Source of the DNA: an uncultured Mycoplasmatota bacterium
GTDB taxonomy: Bacteria; Bacillota_I; Bacilli_A; RF39; UBA660
Direction: 5' to 3'
Assembly: GCA_946554325.1 (NCBI GenBank)
Contig: CAMNSB010000001.1
Location: 1-63,221 of the forward strand
Length of the DNA stretch: 63,221 bases
Shown piece by piece: positions 17,524 through 26,256 of the stretch. The position numbers were made by a program, and so were the translations under genes. The first letter of the stretch is position 1. Each line of letters starts with the position of its first letter. The notes below the pieces were generated by a model. The model saw only the letters and a program-made list of their open reading frames with translations. It had not been told where the DNA came from and did no database searches.

Positions 17524-17655
17524 CATGTTTGTCCAATTCATACTCGTGTTATTAATCATCATGTTTATCGTCATACTTATCGCCCTGCATATACTTGTAG
17601 TGAAGAGAATGTAGTTAGTAATGTTCAATGTGGTTCTTGTTCTCAATTTCGTTAA
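17524..17655 (+). CDS. cotD: 3' segment of the split CotD-family gene (HVCPIHTRVINHHVYRHTYRPAYTCSEENVVSNVQCGSCSQFR*); absent from the ORF track
   Basis: Open frame with no start codon or RBS. It continues the CotD His-rich pattern. Confidence 0.7.
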   Translation, partial: HVCPIHTRVINHHVYRHTYRPAYTCSEENVVSNVQCGSCSQFR

Positions 17656-17776
17656 TTTACAGTCAAGGAAAAGTAAATTTTGATTTTTGCTCGTGTAAAA
17701 AATAGTGTCTAATTGTGTCACATTGCTTGATTATTTTGTCTACTTCCTATATTCTTAAGATAGGGAGTGTGATATA

Positions 17777-17980
17777 GTGATCTATCCATCTATTGATAAA
17801 TTACTACTTGTTGTAGAGTCAAAATATGAACTAGTACATATTGCTGCTAGAAGAAGTAAGGAAATGTCAAAAACTGGGCATAATCAAATGACTAGTGCTG
17901 ACTATAAATGTACAAAGAATATTGGGAGAGCTCTAGAAGAAGTTGCAGAAGGCCTAATTACGATCGAGAGAAAGTCTTAG
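17777..17980 (+). CDS. rpoZ: DNA-directed RNA polymerase subunit omega
   Basis: IYPSIDKLLLVVESKYELVHIAARRSKEM matches the RpoZ N-terminal pattern. GTG start. Confidence 0.85.
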   Translation: MIYPSIDKLLLVVESKYELVHIAARRSKEMSKTGHNQMTSADYKCTKNIGRALEEVAEGLITIERKS

Positions 17981-18091
17981 TACTTTTTCTTTTTTTGTTT
18001 TTAAAATATCATTGACAAACAAATGTATGAATAGTATATTAGAGATACAAGAAATTAGGGAGTTTATTTCTACTTTAGGAGGTTTGATATT

Positions 18092-18829
18092 GTGCATGTA
18101 CAAAAGTATAAAAAAATGCGAGATGGTAAGTATAGAGTTTTGTTTTCAAGTGGGAAAGAGTTGGATTTATATGAGGATGTTATTTTAAAATATGAACTTC
18201 TTTTTAATAGAGATATTCCTGCTGATAAAGTTTTAGAAATTATGGATTATAATCAGGAGTGTGATACTTATTATGTTGCTCTTAAATATTTAAAGACAAG
18301 GTTTCGAAGTTCTAGAGAAGTTTTTGATATGTTAAAAAGAAAAGAATATCCTGTTGATTTGATTCAAAAAGCATTAGATAAACTAGAACAGCAGGGTTAT
18401 ATTAATGACTACAATTATGCATATAGCTTTTTGCATGATCAATTAATTACTACTTCTCGTGGACCTAATAAAATTAGCTATGAATTAGAGAAGAAGGGGA
18501 TTCGTCGTGATCTTATTTCAGAGGTTATGAGTGGTTATACGGATGAGATAGAAATAGAAAAGGTTACTAAAATCGTTCATCGTATGATTAAAAGTAATCG
18601 TAGTAAGAGTAATTTGTTACTGAAGAAAAAAATAGAGCAGGACCTTTTACGTCAGGGGTTTCATAAAGAGAATATTTATTCTGTTATTGCTGATAGTTCT
18701 TTTTCCGATGAAGAAGATTTGTATCAGAGGGAGTATGAAAAAGTAAAGCGAAGGTTAGAGAAGAAGTATAGTGGTGATGTTTTAAATTATAAGATCAAAC
18801 AACAATTGTATCAAAAAGGTTTTCGTTAA
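18092..18829 (+). CDS. recX: Recombination regulator RecX
   Basis: Repeated three-helix modules (ALKYLKTRFRSSREV..., QQGYINDYNYAYSF...). Confidence 0.8.
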   Translation: MHVQKYKKMRDGKYRVLFSSGKELDLYEDVILKYELLFNRDIPADKVLEIMDYNQECDTYYVALKYLKTRFRSSREVFDMLKRKEYPVDLIQKALDKLEQQGYINDYNYAYSFLHDQLITTSRGPNKISYELEKKGIRRDLISEVMSGYTDEIEIEKVTKIVHRMIKSNRSKSNLLLKKKIEQDLLRQGFHKENIYSVIADSSFSDEEDLYQREYEKVKRRLEKKYSGDVLNYKIKQQLYQKGFR

Positions 18830-19005
18830 AAATATTTGAATTAAAAAGAGTGTGTAAAAAATTCTGTGTAAATGACATCTAACCACGATATTTTGGAACT
18901 TTAATAGTTCCTTTTTTGTTATCTAAATAATAACATATATTATTTAATTGTCAAAGAATTTACAGACTCATTAAAAAAGCGTGTAGCTTATTTACACACT
19001 TTCTG

Positions 19006-20007
19006 TTAGTTGGTTGCATTTTGAGATGCATTATTAATTAAGTTTTCCATATATTTATTATATTCTTTTTTTAGTTTACTATCACTGAATTTTAATCCTT
19101 TTTCTTTTCTATAGTCTCTTAATGCTTCATAGTGAAGGGTGGTACTATTTTTTAATTTTTCAGTGGCTAGTGTCTTTTTAATATCTTCTTTTACCGTTTT
19201 TAATTTTGGTTTATCTTTTTCTGATTCTTTTAAAATAATATGATAACCGTATTGGCTTTTCACTGGTTCTTTTGTATATTTTCCTACTTCTAGTTTTGCT
19301 GATGCATCTAGGAAGTTTTCATCCATGTTACTATTATTGTCAAATTCTTCTAGTTTTCCACCATCTTTTTTTGTTCCAGTATCATCTGAGTATTTTTTAG
19401 CAAGAGTCGCAAATTTCTTTCCTTCATCTAATTGTTTGATGATATCTTTTGCTTCCTCTTCTGCTTTTTTTTCTGCTTCTTTTTTCTCATCTTCACTCAT
19501 ATCATCTTTTACTTCTGGCTTAATTAAAATATGTCGTGCGGTGATTTTACCAATTGTTTTGCTATTATAGTACTCTTCGATTTCTGCATCTTCAATTTGT
19601 CCTTTTACATAGTCTTCTACAGCAGCATTTCTTTTATAATCTAGTGATAATAAGTCTCTTAGTTCATTTTCATCTGTTACACCGAAATATTGTCTAATAG
19701 CAGTAAGAAATCCTTCTTCATTATCTTGATAGTTTTGTTTCATTTGTGTTATTTGATTATTGATTTGATTTGTTTCTTCTTCTGTTGTTTTGTATTCTTT
19801 GTCTAATAATTCATGATCCATTAGATCAATTAGTGTTGCAATACCATATTTATCTTTTAAAGAATTATATAAAGTATCTGCTGTTACTTTTCCTCCTTTA
19901 AATTCTACCACCTTTTCTTCTCCATTTTTTAGTTTTGCACTTCCACATCCTGTTACTAAAAGTAGAATTGCTGTTAGTAGACTGATGTTTACAAATATTT
20001 TTTTCAT
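19006..20007 (-). CDS. prsA: Foldase lipoprotein PrsA (parvulin-type PPIase)
   Basis: Lipobox LLVTGC and parvulin region ARHILIK...GYHIILK. Confidence 0.85.
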   Translation of the reverse strand: MKKIFVNISLLTAILLLVTGCGSAKLKNGEEKVVEFKGGKVTADTLYNSLKDKYGIATLIDLMDHELLDKEYKTTEEETNQINNQITQMKQNYQDNEEGFLTAIRQYFGVTDENELRDLLSLDYKRNAAVEDYVKGQIEDAEIEEYYNSKTIGKITARHILIKPEVKDDMSEDEKKEAEKKAEEEAKDIIKQLDEGKKFATLAKKYSDDTGTKKDGGKLEEFDNNSNMDENFLDASAKLEVGKYTKEPVKSQYGYHIILKESEKDKPKLKTVKEDIKKTLATEKLKNSTTLHYEALRDYRKEKGLKFSDSKLKKEYNKYMENLINNASQNATN

Positions 20008-20154
20008 TTATTTTCCTCCTTGATTTCTTTATTTATCATATCAAATTATAAATCTTTATGCAAATATTTTGTCAAAATCGTGATAGATATAATCACACAA
20101 TTTGTGTATGTGCCATAAAATAGGAGTGAATACCAGAAAAAAGGAGGAGTCAAT

Positions 20155-20235
20155 ATGGGTAACTATGTATCATCGTCAGCAATCGTTTTAGTATTATTTA
20201 TTCTTTTAATTATTATTCTAGGTGCTTATATATAA
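20155..20235 (+). CDS. YjcZ-like tiny sporulation membrane protein (26 aa: MGNYVSSSAIVLVLFILLIIILGAYI)
   Basis: Strong AAGGAGG RBS. The LVLFILLIIILGA core matches the YjcZ family pattern. Too short for the ORF track. Confidence 0.6.
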   Translation: MGNYVSSSAIVLVLFILLIIILGAYI

Positions 20236-20258
20236 TTTAATTTAAGGAGGTGTTAACT

Positions 20259-20384
20259 ATGTCATGTGGTGAAGTACATAATACTACAACTACTTGTTGC
20301 CACCAAGGTGGTAGAAGTGGGTATATCATCATCATTGTTTTATATATCTTACTTGCTATTATTTTAGGTAGTGCAATTTGCTAA
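20259..20384 (+). CDS. YjcZ-like tiny membrane protein (41 aa, Cys/His-rich N-terminus + IIIIVLYILLAIILGS)
   Basis: AAGGAGG RBS. Tandem to the previous micro-ORF, with a terminator-like hairpin after the stop. Confidence 0.5.
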   Translation: MSCGEVHNTTTTCCHQGGRSGYIIIIVLYILLAIILGSAIC

Positions 20385-20646
20385 TTACACTGCTTGTGGA
20401 AGATAGGACTTTGATTCTTATCTTTTTTTGTATATTAGGCACGTATCTTCTGTGAGATTTAGGGTGAATCCATATCTTGCTTTAAAGTTCATCGTGTTAA
20501 TAGATGGATGATCGTAAAATTCAAGCATTTAAGAATTGTATTTTAATATTTGTTGTGATATAGTGTATGTAGTGAAGGATAACTTCATAAAATAAAAATG
20601 GAATGCTTATCCCCCTGAGGTTAGGCTTTCCACATTCTGTGTTTTG

Positions 20647-20692
20647 CCTAATCACTGTTAGAGATTTTTGTGATTAGGTCTTTTCTTTTTTT
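20647..20692 (+). terminator. Intrinsic terminator inside the 231-bp element, plus strand only
   Basis: CCTAATCAC ... GTGATTAGG stem followed by TCTTTTCTTTTTTT. Confidence 0.7.
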
Positions 20693-20765
20693 CACGAACT
20701 ATTTCTAGTATCGTTTGTAACAATGAATTAATTTCTTTTGGAAGTACTAAAACAAATAATTCCAT
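20658..20765 (-). CDS. Candidate 35-aa peptide MELFVLVLPKEINSLLQTILEIVREKKKRPNHKNL
   Basis: ATG lies 7 nt after GAGG. The ORF sits entirely inside the inverted-repeat element. Too short to be supported by statistics. Confidence 0.3.
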   Translation of the reverse strand: MELFVLVLPKEINSLLQTILEIVREKKKRPNHKNL

Positions 20766-20917
20766 AGTACCGCCTCTTTTTGGGGACTGAACCCCAAAGT
20801 TGAGGTGGAAGGCCTAACCATAAGCATTCCTACCTTATTATTAGCTAAAAGTTTTAAAAATCAGAGGAATTTTAAAATATATTTTTATTTTTTGGAAAAA
20901 CTAAAACTGGTGATACT

Positions 20918-21418
20918 ATGTTTTATTATCTTAATACATTTTTGATTTATTCAATGCTTGGATTTTTAATGGAGACTACTCTTAAAACATTTTTCTTTTC
21001 TTCTATGAATAATGGGATATTGATGGGACCATGGATTCCTGTTTATGGATTTGGTGTTGCTATTATTGTTTTTATTACTCGTTATGTTTTTCATCATAGC
21101 AATCGGAAAGTCCCTAGATGGTTAAAATTATTTATTATTTTTATGACAGTTTTTGTAATTCTTACTGTTTTAGAACTGATTGGCGGTATTATTATTGAAA
21201 AGCTTTTTCATAAAGTATTTTGGGATTATACCAATTTCAAATTTCACTTTGGTCATTATATTTCACTTGAAATGAGTGCATTATGGGGAGTTCTTTCTAT
21301 TTTCTTTTTATATCTTGTCAAACCTTGGATGGATAAAATTATAAAAAAAATACCAAAGTGGCTAACCATTTTCGTATTTCTTGCCTTTTTAGTTGATGTC
21401 TTTATTACTTTTCTGTAA
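20918..21418 (+). CDS. Multi-pass membrane protein, putative ABC-transporter type IV (CmpB-like) family
   Basis: YSMLGFLMETT...GPWIPVYGFG pattern. A paralogue lies at 37329..37967. Confidence 0.55.
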   Translation: MFYYLNTFLIYSMLGFLMETTLKTFFFSSMNNGILMGPWIPVYGFGVAIIVFITRYVFHHSNRKVPRWLKLFIIFMTVFVILTVLELIGGIIIEKLFHKVFWDYTNFKFHFGHYISLEMSALWGVLSIFFLYLVKPWMDKIIKKIPKWLTIFVFLAFLVDVFITFL

Positions 21419-21803
21419 GACGATTGTATATGGTGTCAATATCTTCTAATAATTCTGTGTTTGATACTTCTTTATATTCATCATTTTCATAACGAGGTAT
21501 TAAATGAATGTGAAAATGGTTTATATCTTGTCCATAAAAATTGTTTTCTTTTATCGTTAGACCATCACAATTTAGCGTCTCCTTTAATAGGGGATACAGC
21601 TCTTTTTTTATTATATTTAAAGCATGTAGAATGAAATTTTCGTCAATATCTAAAATGTTTTCTTGGTGTATTTTGGGAACAACTAGTAAATGACCGTTGG
21701 CAAGAGGACTAATATCCATAAAAACTTTTACTATATCATCTTCGTAAATTGTTTTAGCTGGTATTTCTCCTTTCATTATTTTACAAAATAGGCAATCTTC
21801 CAT
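21405..21803 (-). CDS. HIT family protein
   Basis: Histidine triad HFHIHLIP. Confidence 0.9.
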   Translation of the reverse strand: MEDCLFCKIMKGEIPAKTIYEDDIVKVFMDISPLANGHLLVVPKIHQENILDIDENFILHALNIIKKELYPLLKETLNCDGLTIKENNFYGQDINHFHIHLIPRYENDEYKEVSNTELLEDIDTIYNRLTEK

Positions 21804-21815
21804 TTTTCTTCCTCC

Positions 21816-22553
21816 TTAATTTAAGTAACTATATTTTATATTATACTTTGTTTCTGTCGTTTTGTCATTTGTTAAAATACCAGTTATGATTTCTCCTAAA
21901 GTAAGATTGGGTAAAATTAAGTTTTCTATTTTAATGCTTTGTGTAATATCATTGCTATTTGTTATCGTTAATGTGTAGTTTTTGGGCGAAATTTTTTCTT
22001 TTACATTAGAGAGTACTAAATTATTAATTGATGTCATTATTGTGGTAGGTGTAAAATCTGATACCTTGATTTCTTTTTCTAATGTATATATTTTTAATGT
22101 CTTTAAATTTTCTTCTTTTAATAGAAGAGATTTTACTTCACTTGTGAATTGGTTTAGGGGAGTCATTATTTTTACCTTTAGGCCATCTTCTGCGATTTCC
22201 TTTTCTATTTTTTTCTCTAAATGGGAAAGGAGTGTTCTTCCTTTTTTATAATCTTCTTCATAAGTAGAAGTAATTTCTTTTTTCTTATAATATAAATAGA
22301 AGTAGAGATTCTTGTTATTCTTATTTGTTATTTTTTGCGTGAATCTTTTTTTATCTTTTTCATAACTTGGTTTTTCTATTATGATTTCTTTTTCGATGTC
22401 ACTATATTTTTCTTTCCGTTCTTTTTCAAGTGCTTGTTCTACTTTGGGAAGCATAATGACATCCTTTTTTTCTTCTACAACAATAAGTCCTAGTAGAACA
22501 AAAGATATTAAAAATAAAAGAGCCATTCCATAAGTTAAACCATTTTTATTCAT
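21816..22553 (-). CDS. Hypothetical membrane-anchored protein
   Basis: One N-terminal TM helix. No motif recognised. Confidence 0.5.
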   Translation of the reverse strand: MNKNGLTYGMALLFLISFVLLGLIVVEEKKDVIMLPKVEQALEKERKEKYSDIEKEIIIEKPSYEKDKKRFTQKITNKNNKNLYFYLYYKKKEITSTYEEDYKKGRTLLSHLEKKIEKEIAEDGLKVKIMTPLNQFTSEVKSLLLKEENLKTLKIYTLEKEIKVSDFTPTTIMTSINNLVLSNVKEKISPKNYTLTITNSNDITQSIKIENLILPNLTLGEIITGILTNDKTTETKYNIKYSYLN

Positions 22554-22675
22554 ATCGTATCACCAGTTTTATTTTATCTTTAAAAATGGAGAAAAGCAAC
22601 CGTTTGGTTGCTCGATGTGAATATTTGCAGATATTCAATCATATTATGAACTCTTTCCCTTTTCTTTATACATTT

Positions 22676-23440
22676 TTATTTTGCTTTTACATAAATGATG
22701 CTTTTTTCTTTTTGTTCTTTTGGTGTAATAGGAGAGTCTTCTCTTAAGTATTCATTTACTCTTTTTCCTATTTCTCCCAACATTCTTATTTTTTTACTTG
22801 ATGCATCTATTCCTTCCTCTAAGTCCTCTTTTATTTCTCCAAATGGTGCTAGATTTTCAAATGCTTTTTCTCTTTCATAATCTGCCTTAGTAGCAACTGT
22901 GTTATAGTGCTCTAAGATTGAAATCATATCTTTAGCTTTTCTTTTTATCTCTTCTTTACTAAAATCAGGATTTTCCTGATAATAAAATTTGTAATATTTC
23001 CATAAATTTCTTTCTTCTTTTGTTAAACTATTTAAAGAATATCCTTTCATATTTTTAAGCCTTCTTATTCTTTTTGTTTCTTCTTTTATAAAGAAAGAAA
23101 CTTGGTCTATTGTGGTAGACGTGAAGTTTAGTTTTTCGTCTTCATAAGTTACTTCTATTTTCTCTCCTTGATATAATCTTTTTTTATGTTTATACTTGAA
23201 TTCATTGTCTTCATAACTGATTATATATAAATCATTATCATTAGTATAAGATATTGTAAGTGATAGGGGGTTATTTTCATATACTGTTTTTAGAATCTTT
23301 GTTATTTCTTCTACTGTATATATTTTTCCACTTCCTAAAATACGGTTTATTCTTTCTTCTTTTTCTTTTGTGTATTCTCTTGTAAATTGTAAATAGGAAA
23401 GATCATTTAATTTTATTTTTGTATTTATTATGTTCATCAT
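22676..23440 (-). CDS. Hypothetical protein
   Basis: Long ORF with an RBS. No motif recognised. Confidence 0.5.
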   Translation of the reverse strand: MMNIINTKIKLNDLSYLQFTREYTKEKEERINRILGSGKIYTVEEITKILKTVYENNPLSLTISYTNDNDLYIISYEDNEFKYKHKKRLYQGEKIEVTYEDEKLNFTSTTIDQVSFFIKEETKRIRRLKNMKGYSLNSLTKEERNLWKYYKFYYQENPDFSKEEIKRKAKDMISILEHYNTVATKADYEREKAFENLAPFGEIKEDLEEGIDASSKKIRMLGEIGKRVNEYLREDSPITPKEQKEKSIIYVKAK

Positions 23441-23605
23441 ATTTTCTCCTCCCTTTTCATTTTATCTTAATTTTATTAAATCTGTCTAGTTTTTGTAATA
23501 GTTATAGAAAGTTTTTTTTAATTGTGGTAAAATACAAGTGTTTCTTTTAAAACTACATTTTTTTTGGATGTTTTGATATATAATAAAGTGTAGGGATTAT
23601 TCGAG

Positions 23606-24379
23606 GTGATTACTGTGTTAGAAATAAAAAATATTGATGTAGGAATTAAAGATAGTAAAAAAGAGATTTTGAAGGACTTTTCTTTATCGATTGGTGAGGG
23701 GGAGGTTCATGCTATTATGGGTCCTAATGGAACAGGGAAAAGTACACTTGCTAAGGTGATTATGGGGCATTATAAATATGAAGTGACATCGGGGAGTATT
23801 GTTTTTTGTTCACAGGATATTACATATATTTCAGTAGATGAGAGGGCACGAATGGGAATTTTTTTAGGAATGCAGGATCCTACTGAGATAGAGGGTGTTA
23901 CAAATAGTGAGTTTTTAAGAACAGCTTTAAAAGAAGTGACTGGAGAGAAAGTAAATCTTTATACTTTTATTAAAGAAGTAGAGCGAGATATGAAAGATTT
24001 AAAATTAGATGATGCTATGTTACATCGATTCTTAAATAAGGGTTTTTCAGGTGGGGAAAAGAAGAAGAATGAAATATTACAACTTAAAGTTTTAAAACCG
24101 AAACTAATTATTTTAGATGAGATAGATTCAGGGCTTGATGTGGATAGTTTAAAAATAGTTTCAGAAAATATTAATTCTTATTTAAAAGAAAATCCTAATA
24201 CCTCTTTACTAATGATTACACATTATGAAAGATTACTGGACTATATTCATCCAGATTATGTTCATATTATGCAAAATGGGCATCTTGTGAAGACGGGTGA
24301 TATTTTGCTTGCAAGAAGTGTAGAAAAAGATGGTTATCATAGTATAAATGTTATAGATAAGGAAGACATTTATGAATAA
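23606..24379 (+). CDS. sufC: Fe-S cluster assembly ATPase SufC
   Basis: GPNGTGKST Walker A, FSGGEKKK signature and ILDEIDSGLD. Confidence 0.92.
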   Translation: MITVLEIKNIDVGIKDSKKEILKDFSLSIGEGEVHAIMGPNGTGKSTLAKVIMGHYKYEVTSGSIVFCSQDITYISVDERARMGIFLGMQDPTEIEGVTNSEFLRTALKEVTGEKVNLYTFIKEVERDMKDLKLDDAMLHRFLNKGFSGGEKKKNEILQLKVLKPKLIILDEIDSGLDVDSLKIVSENINSYLKENPNTSLLMITHYERLLDYIHPDYVHIMQNGHLVKTGDILLARSVEKDGYHSINVIDKEDIYE

Positions 24380-25031
24380 AATAGTATTAGATAAAGAAGA
24401 GGTTATTGTAGTAGATGGGGATTTAGACTTTGTAGTTTTACCTCATGAGATAAAAGAGGTTTATTTGTGTAGTCAGAATAAAAATGCTTCTGTTCGTTAT
24501 CAAGTGGAAGAAGGGGGACAGTTAATTATACATCATTATAGTATTAATAGTAGTTTTTCTGTTTCTATTCATTTAAGTGGTGAGAATGCTTCTGTACGTT
24601 ATTTCTTTAGTACTATTAATGAAGAAGATCATGATTTTTCTCTTTCTATATTTCATAATGCTTCTAGGACAAAAAGTGAAGTTATTTGTCATGGTGTTAA
24701 TGTGAAAGATCGTTCGCTTTTATTTTCTATTCATCCTCATGTTTCAAAAGATATGGAACTTTGTATTTGTAATCAGGAAAATAGTATTATGAATTTAGAG
24801 GATGGTTTATCTATTATTCGTCCTAATTTACTGATTGATTGTTATAATGTTTGTTCCAGTCATTCTGCTTATATTGGTTCTTTTCGTAAAGATAGTCTTT
24901 TCTATTTGATGAGTAGAGGGTTATCTTTGGAAGCTAGTTATGAGATTTTGATGAAGAGTTTTTTAGTAGAAGATGTAGAAAAGTTAGAGAAGGTATTTTA
25001 TGCGTTTTTAGAAAAAATAAAAGATTTATAA
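24372..25031 (+). CDS. sufD: Fe-S cluster assembly protein SufD (short form)
   Basis: Position between sufC and sufS, plus the C-terminal FYLMSRGLS motif. Confidence 0.75.
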   Translation: MNKIVLDKEEVIVVDGDLDFVVLPHEIKEVYLCSQNKNASVRYQVEEGGQLIIHHYSINSSFSVSIHLSGENASVRYFFSTINEEDHDFSLSIFHNASRTKSEVICHGVNVKDRSLLFSIHPHVSKDMELCICNQENSIMNLEDGLSIIRPNLLIDCYNVCSSHSAYIGSFRKDSLFYLMSRGLSLEASYEILMKSFLVEDVEKLEKVFYAFLEKIKDL

Positions 25032-25048
25032 AAAAGGAGGTGTATAGT

Positions 25049-26245
25049 ATGCATAGAGAAGATTTTCCAATGTTAAAACAGGATATTGTTTATTTTGATA
25101 ATGGAGCGACTTCTTTGAAACCACAGGTTATGATTGATGCGATGGTAGATTATTATAGTAATCATACCGCTAATATTCATAGAGGGGACTATGATGCTGC
25201 TATTAAGACAGATGCTTTATATGATGAAGCTAGAGAAGTTGTAAAGAATTTTCTTCATGCTGAAAGTAGTCGTGAAATTGTTTTTACAAGTGGAATGACA
25301 GATGGCATGAACCGTATTGTGTTTGGATTTATGAAATACCAATTAAAACCAGGAGATGAAGTTTTAATCTCGAAAGCAGAGCATGCTTCTTGTGCGATCC
25401 CTTGGTATGTTTTACAAGAAGAGTTAGGAATTGTTGTTCGTAGTGTGCCACTAGATTCAGAACATCAACTTACCATTCAAAATTTAGAATCTATGATTAG
25501 TCCAAAAACGAAAGTAATTTCTCTATCTCATATTACAAATGTGATTGGAGATGTTCGAGATGTAGAGAAAATTGGTGAAATTGCAGAAAAGAATCATATT
25601 TATTTCGTAGTAGATGCAGCACAGAGTGTATCTCATGTTCCTGTTGATGTTTTGAAAATGAAGGCTTCTTTCCTTGTTTTTTCAGGACATAAAATGCTAG
25701 GACCTACAGGAGTTGGCGTTTTATATGGAAAGATGGACTTACTTTCTAAAATGAGGCCACTTTGTTATGGTGGTGGAATGAATGAGTTTTTTGAGTCTAC
25801 AGGAGAGTATAAAATCAGAGAAGTACCTACTTGTTTTGAAGCAGGTACACCACCTATTGCCGAAGTAATAGGACTATCTCGTGTTATTCAGTATATTGAG
25901 TCGATTGGTGTTGAAAATATTCATAAGCATGAAGTGGAACTTAAGAAATATTTAGTTTCTGAACTTTTAAAGATTCCTAATATTGTTTTATATAATAAGA
26001 GTAGTGAAAGTGGTATTTTAGCATTTAATATCAGGGGCGTTTTTAGTCAGGATACGGCGGTTTATTTAAATCATTATCATATTTATATTCGGGCAGGAAA
26101 TCATTGTAGTAAAATGCTTAAGGATGACTTAAATATTAAAAATACGTGTCGTGTTAGTATGCATTTATATAATACAAAAGAAGATGTGGATAAACTTGTT
26201 TTAGCTTTAAAAAATAGTGAAGATATATTTAAAATTATACTTTAG
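25049..26245 (+). CDS. sufS: Cysteine desulfurase SufS
   Basis: Class V aminotransferase with PLP-lysine context SGHKMLGPTG. The ATG at 25049 follows AGGAGG; the GTG at 25040 is an alternative start. Confidence 0.9.
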   Translation: MHREDFPMLKQDIVYFDNGATSLKPQVMIDAMVDYYSNHTANIHRGDYDAAIKTDALYDEAREVVKNFLHAESSREIVFTSGMTDGMNRIVFGFMKYQLKPGDEVLISKAEHASCAIPWYVLQEELGIVVRSVPLDSEHQLTIQNLESMISPKTKVISLSHITNVIGDVRDVEKIGEIAEKNHIYFVVDAAQSVSHVPVDVLKMKASFLVFSGHKMLGPTGVGVLYGKMDLLSKMRPLCYGGGMNEFFESTGEYKIREVPTCFEAGTPPIAEVIGLSRVIQYIESIGVENIHKHEVELKKYLVSELLKIPNIVLYNKSSESGILAFNIRGVFSQDTAVYLNHYHIYIRAGNHCSKMLKDDLNIKNTCRVSMHLYNTKEDVDKLVLALKNSEDIFKIIL

Positions 26246-26256
26246 GATGTGGTAGA

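Larger units (their letters stand above)
12676..17525 (+). mobile_element. 4.85-kb integrated element inside cotD (skin-like intervening element candidate), with a large serine recombinase at its right end
   Basis: Boundaries are set by the CACA shared at 12672-12675 and 17522-17525. Removing 12676..17525 restores an in-frame ORF. The interior is more AT-rich than the flanks. Confidence 0.75.
20600..20830. repeat. 231-bp element closed by a long-range inverted repeat (11 bp + 15 bp, with an 8-nt bulge in the left arm)
   Basis: 20600-20610 pairs with 20820-20830 perfectly. 20619-20633 pairs with 20805-20819 (15 positions, one T-G). Internal hairpins are also present. Confidence 0.85.

Noticed and set aside
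20600-20830. Whether the structured 231-bp locus is a known housekeeping RNA (SRP/4.5S RNA, 6S RNA, tmRNA, RNase P) or a riboswitch/T-box
   Set aside because: I could not find the conserved SRP domain IV sequence (GGAAG...AGCAG type), tmRNA tRNA-like ends, RNase P core motifs or a T-box sequence. The plus-strand terminator is about 225 nt from the next gene, so a leader function is unlikely. A 6S-like fold cannot be strictly excluded without a covariance-model scan.
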